A stretch of 64,000 nt of DNA from Aquiluna sp. (GCA_029241985.1 JAQWUU010000011.1:21687-85686), one strand, 5' to 3'. Numbered from the stretch's first letter, positions 48,795 through 61,721 are shown. Made by a program: numbers and translations. Notes: a model not told the origin generated them from the letters alone.

Positions 48795-50651
48795 TTGTCG
48801 CCACGCGCACGGACTGCACTCGAGCCTTCCCTGACTCAACAAGAGCAATTGCGAAATTTTTGCATCATTGCTCACATTGACCATGGCAAGTCAACCCTTG
48901 CCGACAGGATGCTTCAGCTCACTGGAATAGTCAACGACCGCCAGATGAGGGATCAGTACCTCGATCGTATGGACATTGAGCGGGAGCGCGGAATCACCAT
49001 CAAATCGCAGGCAGTGCGATTGCCATGGGAGCTCGATGCCAAGACTTTTGCCCTGAACATGATTGACACTCCCGGCCACGTTGACTTCACCTACGAGGTC
49101 TCGAGATCGCTTGCGGCATGTGAGGGCGCGGTGCTTCTGGTTGACGCAGCCCAGGGTATTGAGGCCCAAACCTTGGCGAATCTTTACCTCGCAATGGAAA
49201 ATGACCTCGAGATAATTCCTGTTCTCAATAAAATTGACCTTCCTGCTGCGCAGCCCGAGAAATATGCGGAGGAGCTTGCCAACCTGATTGGTGGAGACCC
49301 TGCGGACTGCCTGAGGGTTTCTGGTAAAACGGGTGAGGGTGTGGCGGAGCTCCTCGATCGAATCGTGCAGCGAGTGCCAGCACCTTCAGGCGATCCTGAC
49401 GCACCGGCACGAGCAATGATTTTTGACTCGGTCTATGACAGCTATCGTGGCGTAGTGACATATGTCCGAATGATAGATGGACGGCTATCACCTCGTGAAC
49501 AGATTCAGATGATGTCAACACGTGCTGTGCACGAATTACTTGAAATTGGTGTCATTAGCCCAGAACCAACTGTCACCAAGGGTCTAGCTGCTGGGGAAGT
49601 TGGTTACCTAATTACAGGTGTAAAGGACGTTAGGCAGTCCAAGGTCGGCGACACTGTCACCACTAAAAATAAGCCCGCCACAAAGGCGCTAAAGGGCTAC
49701 TCTGAGCCGAACCCGATGGTGTATTCGGGCATTTACCCCATCGATGGCAGTGACTATCCAAACCTTCGTGAAGCCCTCGACAAACTGCGTTTGTCCGATG
49801 CGTCCCTTGTTTATGAACCTGAGACTTCAGCGGCTCTAGGATTCGGGTTCCGCTGCGGATTTCTGGGCCTGCTTCACCTAGAGATTATTACCGAGCGACT
49901 AGAGCGAGAATTTAATCTCTCTTTGATTGCAACAGCACCGTCGGTGGTCTACGAGGTTACTCGGGAAGACAACACTGAGTTCATTGTGACAAACCCATCG
50001 GAATTCCCAGAGGGGAAAATCAAGGTTGTCAAAGAACCAATTGTGAAGGCGACAATTCTTAGCCCCAAGGATTATGTCGGCACAATCATGGAGCTTTGTC
50101 AGTCGAGGCGCGGAACGATGATTGACATGCAGTATTTGGGTGAGGACAGAGTCCAGTTGCGATATCAGCTTCCGTTGGCAGAAATTGTGTTTGATTTCTT
50201 TGACCAGTTGAAAAGCAAGACTCAGGGTTACGGATCGCTGGATTATGAGGACGACGGCTACCTACCCGGGGACTTGGTCAAGGTGGACCTCTTGCTCCAG
50301 GGTGAAAAGGTTGATGCCTTCAGTTCAATTGTTCACCGCGACAAGGCATACGCCCAAGGAACCAGAATCACTGGAAAGCTCCGTGAGCTTATTCCAAGGC
50401 AGCAGTTTGAGGTGCCCATTCAGGCTGCCATCGGATCGAGAATCATTGCCAGAGAGAGCATCCGCGCCATCCGCAAGGATGTTCTGGCAAAGTGCTACGG
50501 CGGCGACATCAGCAGAAAACGCAAGCTTCTTGAAAAGCAAAAAGAGGGCAAGAAGCGAATGAAAATGGTCGGCCGCGTTGAAGTGCCCCAAGAAGCTTTC
50601 ATCGCAGCACTTTCTTCAGACGAGTCATCGAAGTCAGAAAAGAAGAAGTAG
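48795..50651 (+). CDS. lepA: Translation elongation factor 4
   Basis: [34 protein letters not shown] and [14 protein letters not shown]; TTG start. Confidence 0.97.
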   Translation: MSPRARTALEPSLTQQEQLRNFCIIAHIDHGKSTLADRMLQLTGIVNDRQMRDQYLDRMDIERERGITIKSQAVRLPWELDAKTFALNMIDTPGHVDFTYEVSRSLAACEGAVLLVDAAQGIEAQTLANLYLAMENDLEIIPVLNKIDLPAAQPEKYAEELANLIGGDPADCLRVSGKTGEGVAELLDRIVQRVPAPSGDPDAPARAMIFDSVYDSYRGVVTYVRMIDGRLSPREQIQMMSTRAVHELLEIGVISPEPTVTKGLAAGEVGYLITGVKDVRQSKVGDTVTTKNKPATKALKGYSEPNPMVYSGIYPIDGSDYPNLREALDKLRLSDASLVYEPETSAALGFGFRCGFLGLLHLEIITERLEREFNLSLIATAPSVVYEVTREDNTEFIVTNPSEFPEGKIKVVKEPIVKATILSPKDYVGTIMELCQSRRGTMIDMQYLGEDRVQLRYQLPLAEIVFDFFDQLKSKTQGYGSLDYEDDGYLPGDLVKVDLLLQGEKVDAFSSIVHRDKAYAQGTRITGKLRELIPRQQFEVPIQAAIGSRIIARESIRAIRKDVLAKCYGGDISRKRKLLEKQKEGKKRMKMVGRVEVPQEAFIAALSSDESSKSEKKK

Positions 50652-50653
50652 CA

Positions 50654-51853
50654 GTGGGGTCTGCTTTGCCGCTGGGTCTAGCCTGGCCCGAAAGCAATCT
50701 AATTCCGCCGCTGTTCGGAACGGATCGGTCTTTTCACGTCTACGTGCACATCCCTTTTTGTGAGGTCAGGTGCGGTTATTGCGACTTCAATACTTATACC
50801 GCTAAAGAAATTGGAAGTGTTTCGCAAGCAGATTTTCACGACGCGATCATTTTGGAGATTGAACGAAGCGCAAATATCCTGGCAAGTTCGGGATACCCGG
50901 TCAGACCAATATCCACTCTCTTTTTTGGCGGTGGAACACCATCGCTTTTTTCAGACACGCAGCTGGCCGCAATTATTGAAGCCCTTCGTCATAACTTCGC
51001 CTTTGAAGCCAACCCAGAAATCACGCTGGAGGCTAACCCTGAGTCGACAAGTCCTCGCTACCTGGAAGAGTTGGCCGCAATTGGAGTAAACCGACTGAGC
51101 ATGGGAGTTCAGAGCTTCGACAGTGCAGTTCTGAAGACCTTAGAGAGAACACACAGGCCTGAACTTGTAGCCGATCTTGTGGCGGCAGCGAAGGGCGCTG
51201 GTCTTTCAACAAGTGTTGATCTCATTTATGGTGCACCGAAGGAGAGTCTGGATTCTTGGAAACGGACTCTGAATGAAGCCATTGATCTGGGCACCGGTCA
51301 TGTGTCTGCATACTCACTTATCGTGGAACCTGGGACCAAGTTGGCTAGGCAGATCAAGACTGGTGAATTGCCTGAAACGGATGACGACTTGGATGCCGAG
51401 AAGCACCAGCTGGCAGACACATTACTTAGCGAAGCGGGACTGTCATGGTACGAGGTTTCTAACTGGGGTGAACCGTCACGACACAATCAGGCCTATTGGA
51501 AATCAGCTGACTGGTGGGGCTATGGTCCTGGAGCGCACTCGCATATTTCTGGCAATCGCTTTTGGAACCTTAAGCACCCTCTGACCTTCCAGCAGGCAGT
51601 TGCAACCAAGTCTCCAGTCGCTGGAATTGAATACATAGACGAAAAAACTAGATTTGAAGAAATGTTGATGCTGGAACTTCGGACTAAGGAAGGGGTCAGC
51701 ACCTCATTGCTTGATTCGCTGAAGGTCCACCAAGAGACTGTTGACAACTTCATCAAAGACGAGCTCCTCGCGAAGAGTGGCAACCGTCTTTCCGTAACGG
51801 CCAAGGGGAGGCTGTTTGTGGACCGGATAGTTCTAGACCTTCTTACCAATTAG
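50654..51853 (+). CDS. hemW: Radical SAM heme chaperone HemW
   Basis: YVHIPFCEVRCGYCDFN, GGGTPS and YEVSNW...HNQAYW motifs; between lepA and hrcA. Confidence 0.92.
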   Translation: MGSALPLGLAWPESNLIPPLFGTDRSFHVYVHIPFCEVRCGYCDFNTYTAKEIGSVSQADFHDAIILEIERSANILASSGYPVRPISTLFFGGGTPSLFSDTQLAAIIEALRHNFAFEANPEITLEANPESTSPRYLEELAAIGVNRLSMGVQSFDSAVLKTLERTHRPELVADLVAAAKGAGLSTSVDLIYGAPKESLDSWKRTLNEAIDLGTGHVSAYSLIVEPGTKLARQIKTGELPETDDDLDAEKHQLADTLLSEAGLSWYEVSNWGEPSRHNQAYWKSADWWGYGPGAHSHISGNRFWNLKHPLTFQQAVATKSPVAGIEYIDEKTRFEEMLMLELRTKEGVSTSLLDSLKVHQETVDNFIKDELLAKSGNRLSVTAKGRLFVDRIVLDLLTN

Positions 51854-51870
51854 TTGAATCTTGTCTACAC

Positions 51871-51897
51871 TTGGCAGTCAAGCGAGGTGAGTGCCAA
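51871..51897. promoter_or_regulatory. CIRCE element (HrcA operator) overlapping the hrcA SD and start codon
   Basis: TTGGCAGTC-N9-GAGTGCCAA with 8 of 9 arm positions symmetric; -10 TACACT at 51866-51871. Confidence 0.9.
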
Positions 51898-52922
51898 TGA
51901 TTCCAGGTAGGTCGTTACAAGTCCTTCGCGCCATTGTCGAGGACTACATCTCCTCCAATCAACCGGTTGGTTCAAAGTCTCTGCTTGATAGGCATCCTCT
52001 TGGAGTATCCGCCGCCACCATAAGAAATGATATGGCGCTTTTGGAGGAAGAGGAGCTGATAACAGCGCCTCACACCTCCTCTGGCCGAATCCCGACAGAA
52101 AAGGGTTATCGCCTGTTCGTCGACAAGCTCGGTGACGTTAAGCCGTTGACCGCCTCAGAGCGTCGAGCAATAGAGACCTTCCTTGACGGCGCGAATGACC
52201 TTGATGACATAGTTGAGCGAACCGCAAGAACTCTTTCCGAGCTGACGAACAATCTTGCTCTGGTGCAGTATCCGACCCTTGGCAAGTCACGCGTTCGTCA
52301 CGTTGAGTTAATCCAAGTTTCTGATTTCAAAATTCTTGTAATGCTCATAAATGACAGCGGTCGCGTGCAACAGGTGCAGACAGATCTGCCCGACTCGTTC
52401 GAGGTCGAGTTGTTGCCCGAACTTCGCGGAAGACTAAACGCAGTTCTTTCTGGAGCGAGCCTTTCTGATGTCGGGGTAATACTCGACAGACTTCCTAACG
52501 ACTTTCTTCCTGAAAGAAGGCAGTTTGTTCAGACTGTTATGGCGACCCTCAAATCTATGGTCGATGAAAATCGACAGGAAAAACTTGTGCTTTCTGGAGC
52601 CTCCAAGCTCGCTAAACAAGATGAAGATTTTGGTGGCGAACTTTCCTCTGTCTTGGAAGCAATCGAGGAACAGGTAGTGATGATGCGCCTTATGCACGAG
52701 ATGCAGGCAGATCAATACAGTGTCCACCTAAGGATCGGTTCTGAACTGGGCGTCGCCGGAGTAAGTCACGCAACGCTAATGACCGCAGGCTATGAAGCGA
52801 CCGGCGTCGAGGCTGCTAAAATAGGGGTTCTGGGCCCGACAAGAATGAACTATTCGGGCAACATAGCTTCCGTCAGAGCGGTAGCAAAATATCTAAGCAA
52901 CGTACTGGAGGCAAATTCTTGA
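51897..52922 (+). CDS. hrcA: Heat-inducible transcription repressor
   Basis: LRAIVEDYI, PVGSK, SAATIRNDM, PHTSSGRIPT and GPTRMNY; ATG 51897. Confidence 0.96.
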   Translation: MIPGRSLQVLRAIVEDYISSNQPVGSKSLLDRHPLGVSAATIRNDMALLEEEELITAPHTSSGRIPTEKGYRLFVDKLGDVKPLTASERRAIETFLDGANDLDDIVERTARTLSELTNNLALVQYPTLGKSRVRHVELIQVSDFKILVMLINDSGRVQQVQTDLPDSFEVELLPELRGRLNAVLSGASLSDVGVILDRLPNDFLPERRQFVQTVMATLKSMVDENRQEKLVLSGASKLAKQDEDFGGELSSVLEAIEEQVVMMRLMHEMQADQYSVHLRIGSELGVAGVSHATLMTAGYEATGVEAAKIGVLGPTRMNYSGNIASVRAVAKYLSNVLEANS

Positions 52923-53968
52923 GCGATCACTATCAGGTGTTGGGAGTCGATCGAGATGCGAGTGAAGATCAGATCAAGAAGGCTTACCGCAAGCTGGCCA
53001 GGGAGTTGCACCCTGACATCAATCCAGCCAAGGATTCTCAAGAGCGCTTTAAGCTAGTCACCCACGCCTACGAAGTCCTAAGTGACGCAAAATCTCGGAG
53101 CACATACGACCGAGGCGGCCAAGAAGGCATGGGCATCGGGGATATCTTCGATACTTTTTTTGGTGGTTCCCAGCGCGGACCTCAGTCTCGTTCTCAGCGA
53201 GGGCAAGATGCGTTGCTACGTGTGGATTTAGACCTTAAGGAAGCGGTCTTCGGGGTGAATAAAACCTTGACGATTGACACTGCCGTGCTGTGTGAAGACT
53301 GTCAGGGTAGTTGCTGTCGCCCGGGCACCAGTCCTCAGACCTGTGATATCTGTCGCGGTTCAGGACAGATTCAACGACAGGTTCAGTCTTTCATGGGTGC
53401 CATGGTTACGACTGCTCCATGTGGCACCTGTCGAGGTACTGGAGAGGTAATACCTGAACCTTGCCTCGGCTGCAGGGGTCAAGGAAGAGTGCGTGCATCC
53501 AGAGACTTGGACCTTGACATTCCAGCCGGGGTGTCCGATGGCCTTCGGTTGCACCTTCCGAGTCAAGGTGAAGTTGGCTTCGGCGGTGGACCAAGTGGGG
53601 ACATTTACCTCGAAGTATCAGTCCGCTCGGATCCTATTTTTGGCAGGGATGGGGACAACCTAGTTGCAATTCTGGAGGTCCCGATTGCGGATGCAGCTCT
53701 TGGTTTCGAAGTGGATGTCGAAACTCTTGACGGTGCATCTGAAGTCTCAGTGAAATCTGGGGCTCAACACGGGGACATCATCACATTGAAGGGGCTCGGC
53801 TCACACAGGTTACGTGGCAGAGGTAGGGGAGACCTGCTTCTTCAAATTAAGGTGTTAACGCCCTCCAGGCTAGATGGGAAGCAGAAAGACATCTTTAGGA
53901 AGCTTAGGGAGCTCCATAAAGAGGACAAACCTCGCCTTGGAAGCAGACGCAGTAGAGGGCGCTTTTAG
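52919..53968 (+). CDS. dnaJ: Chaperone DnaJ (hrcA-linked paralogue)
   Basis: J-domain with HPD and four CxxCxGxG-type repeats. Confidence 0.95.
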   Translation: MSDHYQVLGVDRDASEDQIKKAYRKLARELHPDINPAKDSQERFKLVTHAYEVLSDAKSRSTYDRGGQEGMGIGDIFDTFFGGSQRGPQSRSQRGQDALLRVDLDLKEAVFGVNKTLTIDTAVLCEDCQGSCCRPGTSPQTCDICRGSGQIQRQVQSFMGAMVTTAPCGTCRGTGEVIPEPCLGCRGQGRVRASRDLDLDIPAGVSDGLRLHLPSQGEVGFGGGPSGDIYLEVSVRSDPIFGRDGDNLVAILEVPIADAALGFEVDVETLDGASEVSVKSGAQHGDIITLKGLGSHRLRGRGRGDLLLQIKVLTPSRLDGKQKDIFRKLRELHKEDKPRLGSRRSRGRF

Positions 53969-54666
53969 TGCATTGGTTTTATGACCCAGCGGTGACTGAG
54001 GAGTCCCGAAACATTTCCACGACCGAACTTGCACATTTCAAGGCCCTGCGGATACGCACGGGTGACCAGATTGTTGTGACTAATGGCCTTGGGGTTAGCC
54101 ATCTTGCAGAAGTGGTGAATGCTATTTCGGGTGAGATTCGAAGCCTAGAAAAAGACATCGAGCCAATACCTTTGGTTTCGATTCATCTTGTTCAAGCTCT
54201 TGCCAAAGGCGGCAGAGATGAGGCAGCTGTGCAGACAGCCTGCGAGCTTGGAGTTGCCAGCATCACGCCATTTCAGGCTAAAAGATCAATTGTTGAGTGG
54301 GGTGCTAAGGCTGACCGAAACCGGGAGCGATGGAATCAAATTGCGATTTCTGCCATAAAACAATCACAGCAGTCATATCTTCCCGAAGTTAGATCGCTGG
54401 CGACCGATAAGCAATTAGTCGGACAGGGGCAGAACCTCGTTTTAGACCCCAGGGCTGAAACATCTTTATCCGAACTTGAACTCCAAGAGGTAGTGACCCT
54501 GGTAGTTGGGCCAGAAGGAGGGCTTGATGCGAGCGAACTTGCCACTCTGGCTGATAGCGGATTTCAATCGGTGAAACTTGGAAAGTCTGTGCTGAGGACA
54601 TCGTCGGCCGGTCCGGCCGCTATAGCTGCCATCCAAGCTCTCTCAGGCTCCTGGAACAGGAGCTAA
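53968..54666 (+). CDS. rsmE: 16S rRNA m3U1498 methyltransferase
   Basis: QALAKG, VGPEGG and LGKSVLRT motifs. Confidence 0.92.
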   Translation: MHWFYDPAVTEESRNISTTELAHFKALRIRTGDQIVVTNGLGVSHLAEVVNAISGEIRSLEKDIEPIPLVSIHLVQALAKGGRDEAAVQTACELGVASITPFQAKRSIVEWGAKADRNRERWNQIAISAIKQSQQSYLPEVRSLATDKQLVGQGQNLVLDPRAETSLSELELQEVVTLVVGPEGGLDASELATLADSGFQSVKLGKSVLRTSSAGPAAIAAIQALSGSWNRS

Positions 54667-54668
54667 CA

Positions 54669-55001
54669 TTGAACACGGAGGAAAATTTGGATTGTATTTT
54701 TTGTAAAATTGTGTCGGGAGAGATTCCTACGGAATTTATTGGCGAGAACGAACACGCTGTGGCGTTCAAGGATCTTTACCCCCAAGCCCCAGTTCACATA
54801 CTGGTTGTTCCAAAATCTCATTCCGAAAACATCTCGAAAATGATTATCAAATCAGAACTCGAGGGCGTCTTTGATCTGATTCGCACTGTCACCAGTGAGT
54901 TCACAGACGGTCAATTCAAGTTGCAATTCAACTCTGGAAGCCGCGAAGGCCAAACCGTTTTTCACACCCATGCGCATGTGCTCAGTCAGCAGTCAAAGTA
55001 G
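54669..55001 (+). CDS. HIT family hydrolase
   Basis: CIFCKIV, PQAPVHILVVPK and QTVFHTHAHVL motifs. Confidence 0.92.
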   Translation: MNTEENLDCIFCKIVSGEIPTEFIGENEHAVAFKDLYPQAPVHILVVPKSHSENISKMIIKSELEGVFDLIRTVTSEFTDGQFKLQFNSGSREGQTVFHTHAHVLSQQSK

Positions 55002-55948
55002 TGGTCAAGACTTCCTTAGAGATCACCTCCGTCGCCCTTCTTGACCTACTCGGGCAAGAAGACAGAAACATCAAAAAGCTGGAGAGTCTGCTCCCAGGTG
55101 TTTCCATCCAAATTAGGGGGACGGCCTTTACGATCAGTGGCGAGCAGGCCGAAGTAGACACTTCAGCAGCTGTCATCGACCAATTGGTAGAAATGATCAA
55201 GCAAGGACTTCTGCCTGACGTGCAATCTGTTGCCGAAACCCTAAAGATCGTGACCTCCAAAATTGGCGAGCCGGCATCGATGATTCTCGCCGCAACTAGC
55301 ATCACTACTCCAGCCAAGACTGTTCGGGCCAAAACTGTCGGACAGAAGCAGTACCTCGATGCCATTGATCGGAACACAATTACATTTGGCATCGGACCAG
55401 CCGGCACGGGGAAGACCTATTTGGCGGTCGCTAAAGCGGTATCGGCGCTTTACCGCAAAGATGTGAGCCGCATAATTTTGACGAGACCTGCAGTGGAGGC
55501 AGGGGAGCGTCTTGGGTTCTTGCCTGGCACTCTGAGCGAGAAGATTGACCCCTACCTCAGACCGCTTTTTGATTCGCTTCAGGAAATGCTTGAACCGGAT
55601 GTGACAGCAAAGTTGATGGATGCTGGGGTGATTGAAGTCGCGCCGCTTGCGTACATGCGAGGACGAACGTTGAATGACAGTTTTATCATTCTTGACGAAG
55701 CTCAAAATACAACCGGTGAGCAAATGAAAATGTTTCTGACTCGATTGGGGTTCAACTCAAAGATGATTATCACTGGTGACGTCACTCAGGTAGACCTTCC
55801 AGGTGGTAAGTCTGGACTTGCAATCGCCAGGGAAGTTCTAAAAGAGGTGGAGGGCTTGCACGTGGCCACACTCTCGAGTCGAGACGTAGTCCGTCATGAA
55901 CTGGTAACTCGAATTGTCGATGCTTACGAGAAAGCCGAGAACAAGTGA
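55001..55948 (+). CDS. phoH: PhoH family ATPase
   Basis: GPAGTGKT, RPAVEAGE, YMRGRT, LDEAQN and DVVRH motifs. Confidence 0.94.
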   Translation: MVKTSLEITSVALLDLLGQEDRNIKKLESLLPGVSIQIRGTAFTISGEQAEVDTSAAVIDQLVEMIKQGLLPDVQSVAETLKIVTSKIGEPASMILAATSITTPAKTVRAKTVGQKQYLDAIDRNTITFGIGPAGTGKTYLAVAKAVSALYRKDVSRIILTRPAVEAGERLGFLPGTLSEKIDPYLRPLFDSLQEMLEPDVTAKLMDAGVIEVAPLAYMRGRTLNDSFIILDEAQNTTGEQMKMFLTRLGFNSKMIITGDVTQVDLPGGKSGLAIAREVLKEVEGLHVATLSSRDVVRHELVTRIVDAYEKAENK

Positions 55949-56403
55949 GCATTGAAATAACCAACGAGTCTCTTGAGGAGGTCGACAACGAGAGAGTGCT
56001 AAGTCTGTCTCGCTTCGTCAGAGATGAATTGAAATTGCACGAACTGGTTGAACTGGGCATAACTTTTGTGGACGAAGGTCCCATGACGGACTTGCACATT
56101 AAATGGATGGACGAACCCGGTCCAACTGATGTTCTTAGTTTTCCGATGGACGAACTGAGGCCTGGATCCGATGCTGGAAATCCATCCGAGGGGATACTGG
56201 GAGACATCGTAATTTGCCCCCAGGTCGCAGCAACCCAGGCGGTTGCTGCCGGTCACGAAACAATTAATGAAATTTTGATGCTGGTAACTCACGGGATGCT
56301 CCACCTGGTTGGTTTTGATCACGCAGAACCAGACGAAGAGATCGAAATGTTCTCGCTGCAGAAGAAGTTGCTTGCCGATTTCTACGAGAGTGAACAAAGT
56401 TGA
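55945..56403 (+). CDS. ybeY: rRNA maturation RNase YbeY
   Basis: PTDVLSFP, LGDIVIC and HGMLHLVGFDH motifs. Confidence 0.95.
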   Translation: MSIEITNESLEEVDNERVLSLSRFVRDELKLHELVELGITFVDEGPMTDLHIKWMDEPGPTDVLSFPMDELRPGSDAGNPSEGILGDIVICPQVAATQAVAAGHETINEILMLVTHGMLHLVGFDHAEPDEEIEMFSLQKKLLADFYESEQS

Positions 56404-57473
56404 TTTTCGCCCTTTCTGGAATAACGGTTCTGCTGGTGCTAACTGGCCTGGCCTCGATTCAGAGTCGCCTCGAACTAGCAGAGGATTCCCGCGCCGGAGC
56501 GCTGTCAATCGCGCGCGCTGTGCTTTTGGTCGGCCTAGCCGCACTGTGGCTAATTTATTCGCCTGGCACTAGAGAGCTGGGGGCCTGGTTAGCGTTAGCG
56601 CTTCTAGCCATCTGGGCCTTTCAGCAATTTATCGGCCGCAGACTTGGCGCCACTGCATTTGCCGAACGAATGGTCAGCCGAACCGAACCGTTTGTGTCTC
56701 GGTGGGCAAATTTGGTCGCACCTATCAGGCTTGTGATTCCTGAAGTTGCTGAGGCTTATGAGCAAGAGTTGCTGGACTCAGTTGAAGAATTCTCCGAAAC
56801 CGTAGTTAGAGAGGTTATGGTGCCGCGGGTAGACATGGAAGTCGTTGACGCGGACTCATCGCTTCAGGATGCCCTGAGCACCTTCATTGCTTCGGGCTAC
56901 TCAAGGTTGCCAGTGGTAGGTGAGGATGTGGACGACGTTCTTGGTGTCCTGTATCTAAAAGACCTTGCGCGAGTGGTTCACCAAGACCCAGCGTTGTTGG
57001 GCTCTAAGAAAGCAGTTGAGGCGGCAAGACCGGCGCTGTTCACTCCGGAATCAAAGTCTGTAGCTGAACTTTTGCAAGAGATGCAAAAAGTTAGTACTCA
57101 GATAGCAGTGGTTGTCGATGAGTATGGTGGCGTCGCAGGCATTGTGACCGTTGAGGATCTAATCGAGGAACTGGTTGGAGAAATCGGAGATGAGTACGAT
57201 CGTGAGGATGTGTCAATCGAAACCCTTCCAGATGGCATTTATCGAATGCACCCGAGAACTTCTCTCGATCAAGTTTCGGAACTGCTTGACATCGACCTAA
57301 ATGATGAGGATGTGGACACCGTTGGTGGCCTATTGGTGAAAACAATCGGGGAACTGCCGGTGGGTGGAGAAGAAGTTGAGCTCGATGGCCTTTGGCTAAA
57401 GGCTGAGCGAGTACTCGCGAAAAAAGGACAGCTCCTAAGCGTGCTGGTCAGAAAGATTGAAACAGTTGAATGA
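56400..57473 (+). CDS. HlyC/CorC family CBS-domain protein with a shortened membrane domain
   Basis: VREVMVPR, YSRLPV, VDEYGG..GIVTVEDLIEELVGEI and a C-terminal CorC domain. Confidence 0.88.
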   Translation: MIFALSGITVLLVLTGLASIQSRLELAEDSRAGALSIARAVLLVGLAALWLIYSPGTRELGAWLALALLAIWAFQQFIGRRLGATAFAERMVSRTEPFVSRWANLVAPIRLVIPEVAEAYEQELLDSVEEFSETVVREVMVPRVDMEVVDADSSLQDALSTFIASGYSRLPVVGEDVDDVLGVLYLKDLARVVHQDPALLGSKKAVEAARPALFTPESKSVAELLQEMQKVSTQIAVVVDEYGGVAGIVTVEDLIEELVGEIGDEYDREDVSIETLPDGIYRMHPRTSLDQVSELLDIDLNDEDVDTVGGLLVKTIGELPVGGEEVELDGLWLKAERVLAKKGQLLSVLVRKIETVE

Positions 57474-58350
57474 TTTTAGATCTGGCTTTGTAAGTTTCGT
57501 CGGGAGGCCGAATGTCGGAAAATCGACTTTGACAAACGCGATTGCGGGGCAAAAAGTAGCCATAACCAGTTCGAAGCCACAGACCACGAGGCGTGCTATC
57601 AGAGCGATAAAAACCTCTGAGGCGGGTCAGTTGATAATGGTGGACACCCCTGGTCTTCACCGACCAAGAACGCTGCTTGGGCAGCGGCTCAACGACTTAG
57701 TTAGCTCTACGCTCAGCGAAGTTGATGTGATTGTTTTTTGCACTCCGGCTAATGAGCCGATAGGCCCCGGGGATAAAAAAATTATCAGAGACATACAGAA
57801 GTATTCGAGGGCAAAAAAGTTGGCCGTCGTGACAAAGTGCGAAACGGTCTCTAAGTCAAAACTCGCTGAGCACTTGATGGCTGTGGCAGAGCTCGAGCAG
57901 TGGCAAGAAATAGTGCCAGTTTCTGCGGTTACTCAAGAACAATTGGAATTGCTAGAGAAGTTACTCCTTAGTCATCTGCCTGTTGGCCCACTCTTGTACG
58001 AGGCCGACACAGTCAGTGAGGAGCCGTTGGAAGATCAGATATGCGAACTGGTGCGTGAGGCTGCTCTAGAGCTCATGAACGATGAATTACCGCACTCACT
58101 GGCGGTAACTTTGGACGAAATCATTTACGAACAGCCGAAACCAACTATTCACGTTTCAGTCTGGGTTGAACGGGATTCTCAAAAAGGAATCATCATTGGC
58201 AAGGGGGGCTCAATGTTGAAGACTATTGGGCAAAAAGCTCGTCGTGAGATTCAAAACCTAATGGGCGAACCTATTCACTTGGCTATACAGGTGCGTATCG
58301 CGCAGAATTGGCAGCGCAACTCCAAACAGCTCGGCAAGTTGGGGTTCTAG
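57457..58350 (+). CDS. era: GTPase Era
   Basis: GRPNVGKST, PQTTR, DTPG and KH-domain IIIGKGG; TTG start at 57457 or 57466. Confidence 0.96.
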   Translation: MKQLNDFRSGFVSFVGRPNVGKSTLTNAIAGQKVAITSSKPQTTRRAIRAIKTSEAGQLIMVDTPGLHRPRTLLGQRLNDLVSSTLSEVDVIVFCTPANEPIGPGDKKIIRDIQKYSRAKKLAVVTKCETVSKSKLAEHLMAVAELEQWQEIVPVSAVTQEQLELLEKLLLSHLPVGPLLYEADTVSEEPLEDQICELVREAALELMNDELPHSLAVTLDEIIYEQPKPTIHVSVWVERDSQKGIIIGKGGSMLKTIGQKARREIQNLMGEPIHLAIQVRIAQNWQRNSKQLGKLGF

Positions 58351-60228
<1,878 letters not shown>

Positions 60229-60255
60229 TTCCACTTTCATTGCCATACTTATTGC

Positions 60256-60978
60256 ATGCCACACTACCGAGATGAAGCTGTCGTCATTAGGACGCATAAA
60301 CTCGGGGAAGTCGACAGGATCGTAACCCTGCTAACCAAAAATAATGGACAGGTCAGGGCGGTAGCAAAAGGTGTGAGAAAGACATCTAGCCGAATTGGGG
60401 CCAGGCTTGAACCTTTTACGGTTGTCGACGTCCAGCTATACCAAGGAAGGACGCTAGACACCGTCTCGCAGGTTGAGCAGTTGTCGAACTACGGGTCGGT
60501 AATTATTGCTGATTATGCAACATACACGGCTGCTAGTGCCGTACTGGAAGCTGCAGAAAGACTCACTCGAGAAGACTCCTCCTCACAGCAGTTCATGCTC
60601 GTGGTAGGTGCTCTTCGCGCATTGTCATTGAAAGAGCAGGCTTCGGACCAGATACTCGATTCGTATCTGCTGCGAGCACTCGCGATCTCTGGCTGGATAG
60701 CTAATCTTGAGAGCTGCCAAGGGTGTGGGTCCGATTCACCCATTGCATTTTCAGTTCACTCTGGGGCTGTTAGCTGCACAGCCTGCATGCTTCCCGGCTC
60801 AGTGAGGCTCGGAGTTGAAGGGATCAGCCACATCGAAGCATTACTCGCTGGAAATTGGCCTCATGTATCGTCTTCGAGCAGTAAGACTCGAAGAGCAGTC
60901 AGCGGCGTTGTTTCTGCCTACTTGCAATGGCAACTTGAGCGCGGACTTAGGTCACTTGAACATGTGGAGCGCGCATGA
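60256..60978 (+). CDS. recO: DNA repair protein RecO
   Basis: LGEVDRIV, VRAVAKGVR, ARLEPF and CxxC..CxxC; CATACT 6 nt before the ATG suggests a leaderless mRNA. Confidence 0.95.
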   Translation: MPHYRDEAVVIRTHKLGEVDRIVTLLTKNNGQVRAVAKGVRKTSSRIGARLEPFTVVDVQLYQGRTLDTVSQVEQLSNYGSVIIADYATYTAASAVLEAAERLTREDSSSQQFMLVVGALRALSLKEQASDQILDSYLLRALAISGWIANLESCQGCGSDSPIAFSVHSGAVSCTACMLPGSVRLGVEGISHIEALLAGNWPHVSSSSSKTRRAVSGVVSAYLQWQLERGLRSLEHVERA

Positions 60979-61721
60979 TTCTTCTCAAAGACCCCGCTAG
61001 ACCAACACCAGAATTCTCATCAACACCCAGACACATTGCCATGGTTATGGACGGCAATGGCAGGTGGGCAAATAAGCGTGGACTCACACGAACGGAGGGC
61101 CACCGGGCAGGGGAGCAGGCACTTTTAGAAGCAGTCGCGGGTGCTTCTGAGGCCGGAGTGGAAAACCTGACCGCCTACGCTTTCTCTACTGAGAATTGGA
61201 AGCGCTCCACGGAGGAAGTTCGATTTCTGATGGGCTACAACAAAGAGGTCCTTCGTCGGCAACGAGATTTGCTGATGGAATGGAATGTCAAGATCCGATG
61301 GGCTGGCGCTGTTCGGAAGTTGTGGCCGTCTGTGGTTAATGAGCTCAGGGCTGCTGAGGAGCTAACGAAGAACAACACTGGTCTGGTTTTGACAATGGCA
61401 GTCAATTACGGAGGTCGTCAAGAAATTGTTGACGCGGTGAACAAGTCATTGGACACCAAAGTTTCAAGGCAGATCATCACGGAGAAATTGATTCAGAAAA
61501 ACCTTTACGTGCCTGAGTTGCCAGATGTGGACATGTTTCTTAGGTCAAGTGGTGAACTGCGCACTTCAAACTTCATGCTTTGGCAATCCAGCTATGCCGA
61601 AATGATTTTCATGGACGTTCTCTGGCCGGATTTCACTCGAGAATCCATGTGGGAAGCGATTACCGAGTTCAACAGAAGGCAGCGCCGCTTCGGACAAGCC
61701 TCGGATGCCCCGCTAAACTAG
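60975..61721 (+). CDS. uppS: Isoprenyl (undecaprenyl/decaprenyl) diphosphate synthase
   Basis: MDGNGRWA, YAFSTENWKR, NYGGR and RSSGELRTSNF motifs. Confidence 0.94.
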   Translation: MILLKDPARPTPEFSSTPRHIAMVMDGNGRWANKRGLTRTEGHRAGEQALLEAVAGASEAGVENLTAYAFSTENWKRSTEEVRFLMGYNKEVLRRQRDLLMEWNVKIRWAGAVRKLWPSVVNELRAAEELTKNNTGLVLTMAVNYGGRQEIVDAVNKSLDTKVSRQIITEKLIQKNLYVPELPDVDMFLRSSGELRTSNFMLWQSSYAEMIFMDVLWPDFTRESMWEAITEFNRRQRRFGQASDAPLN

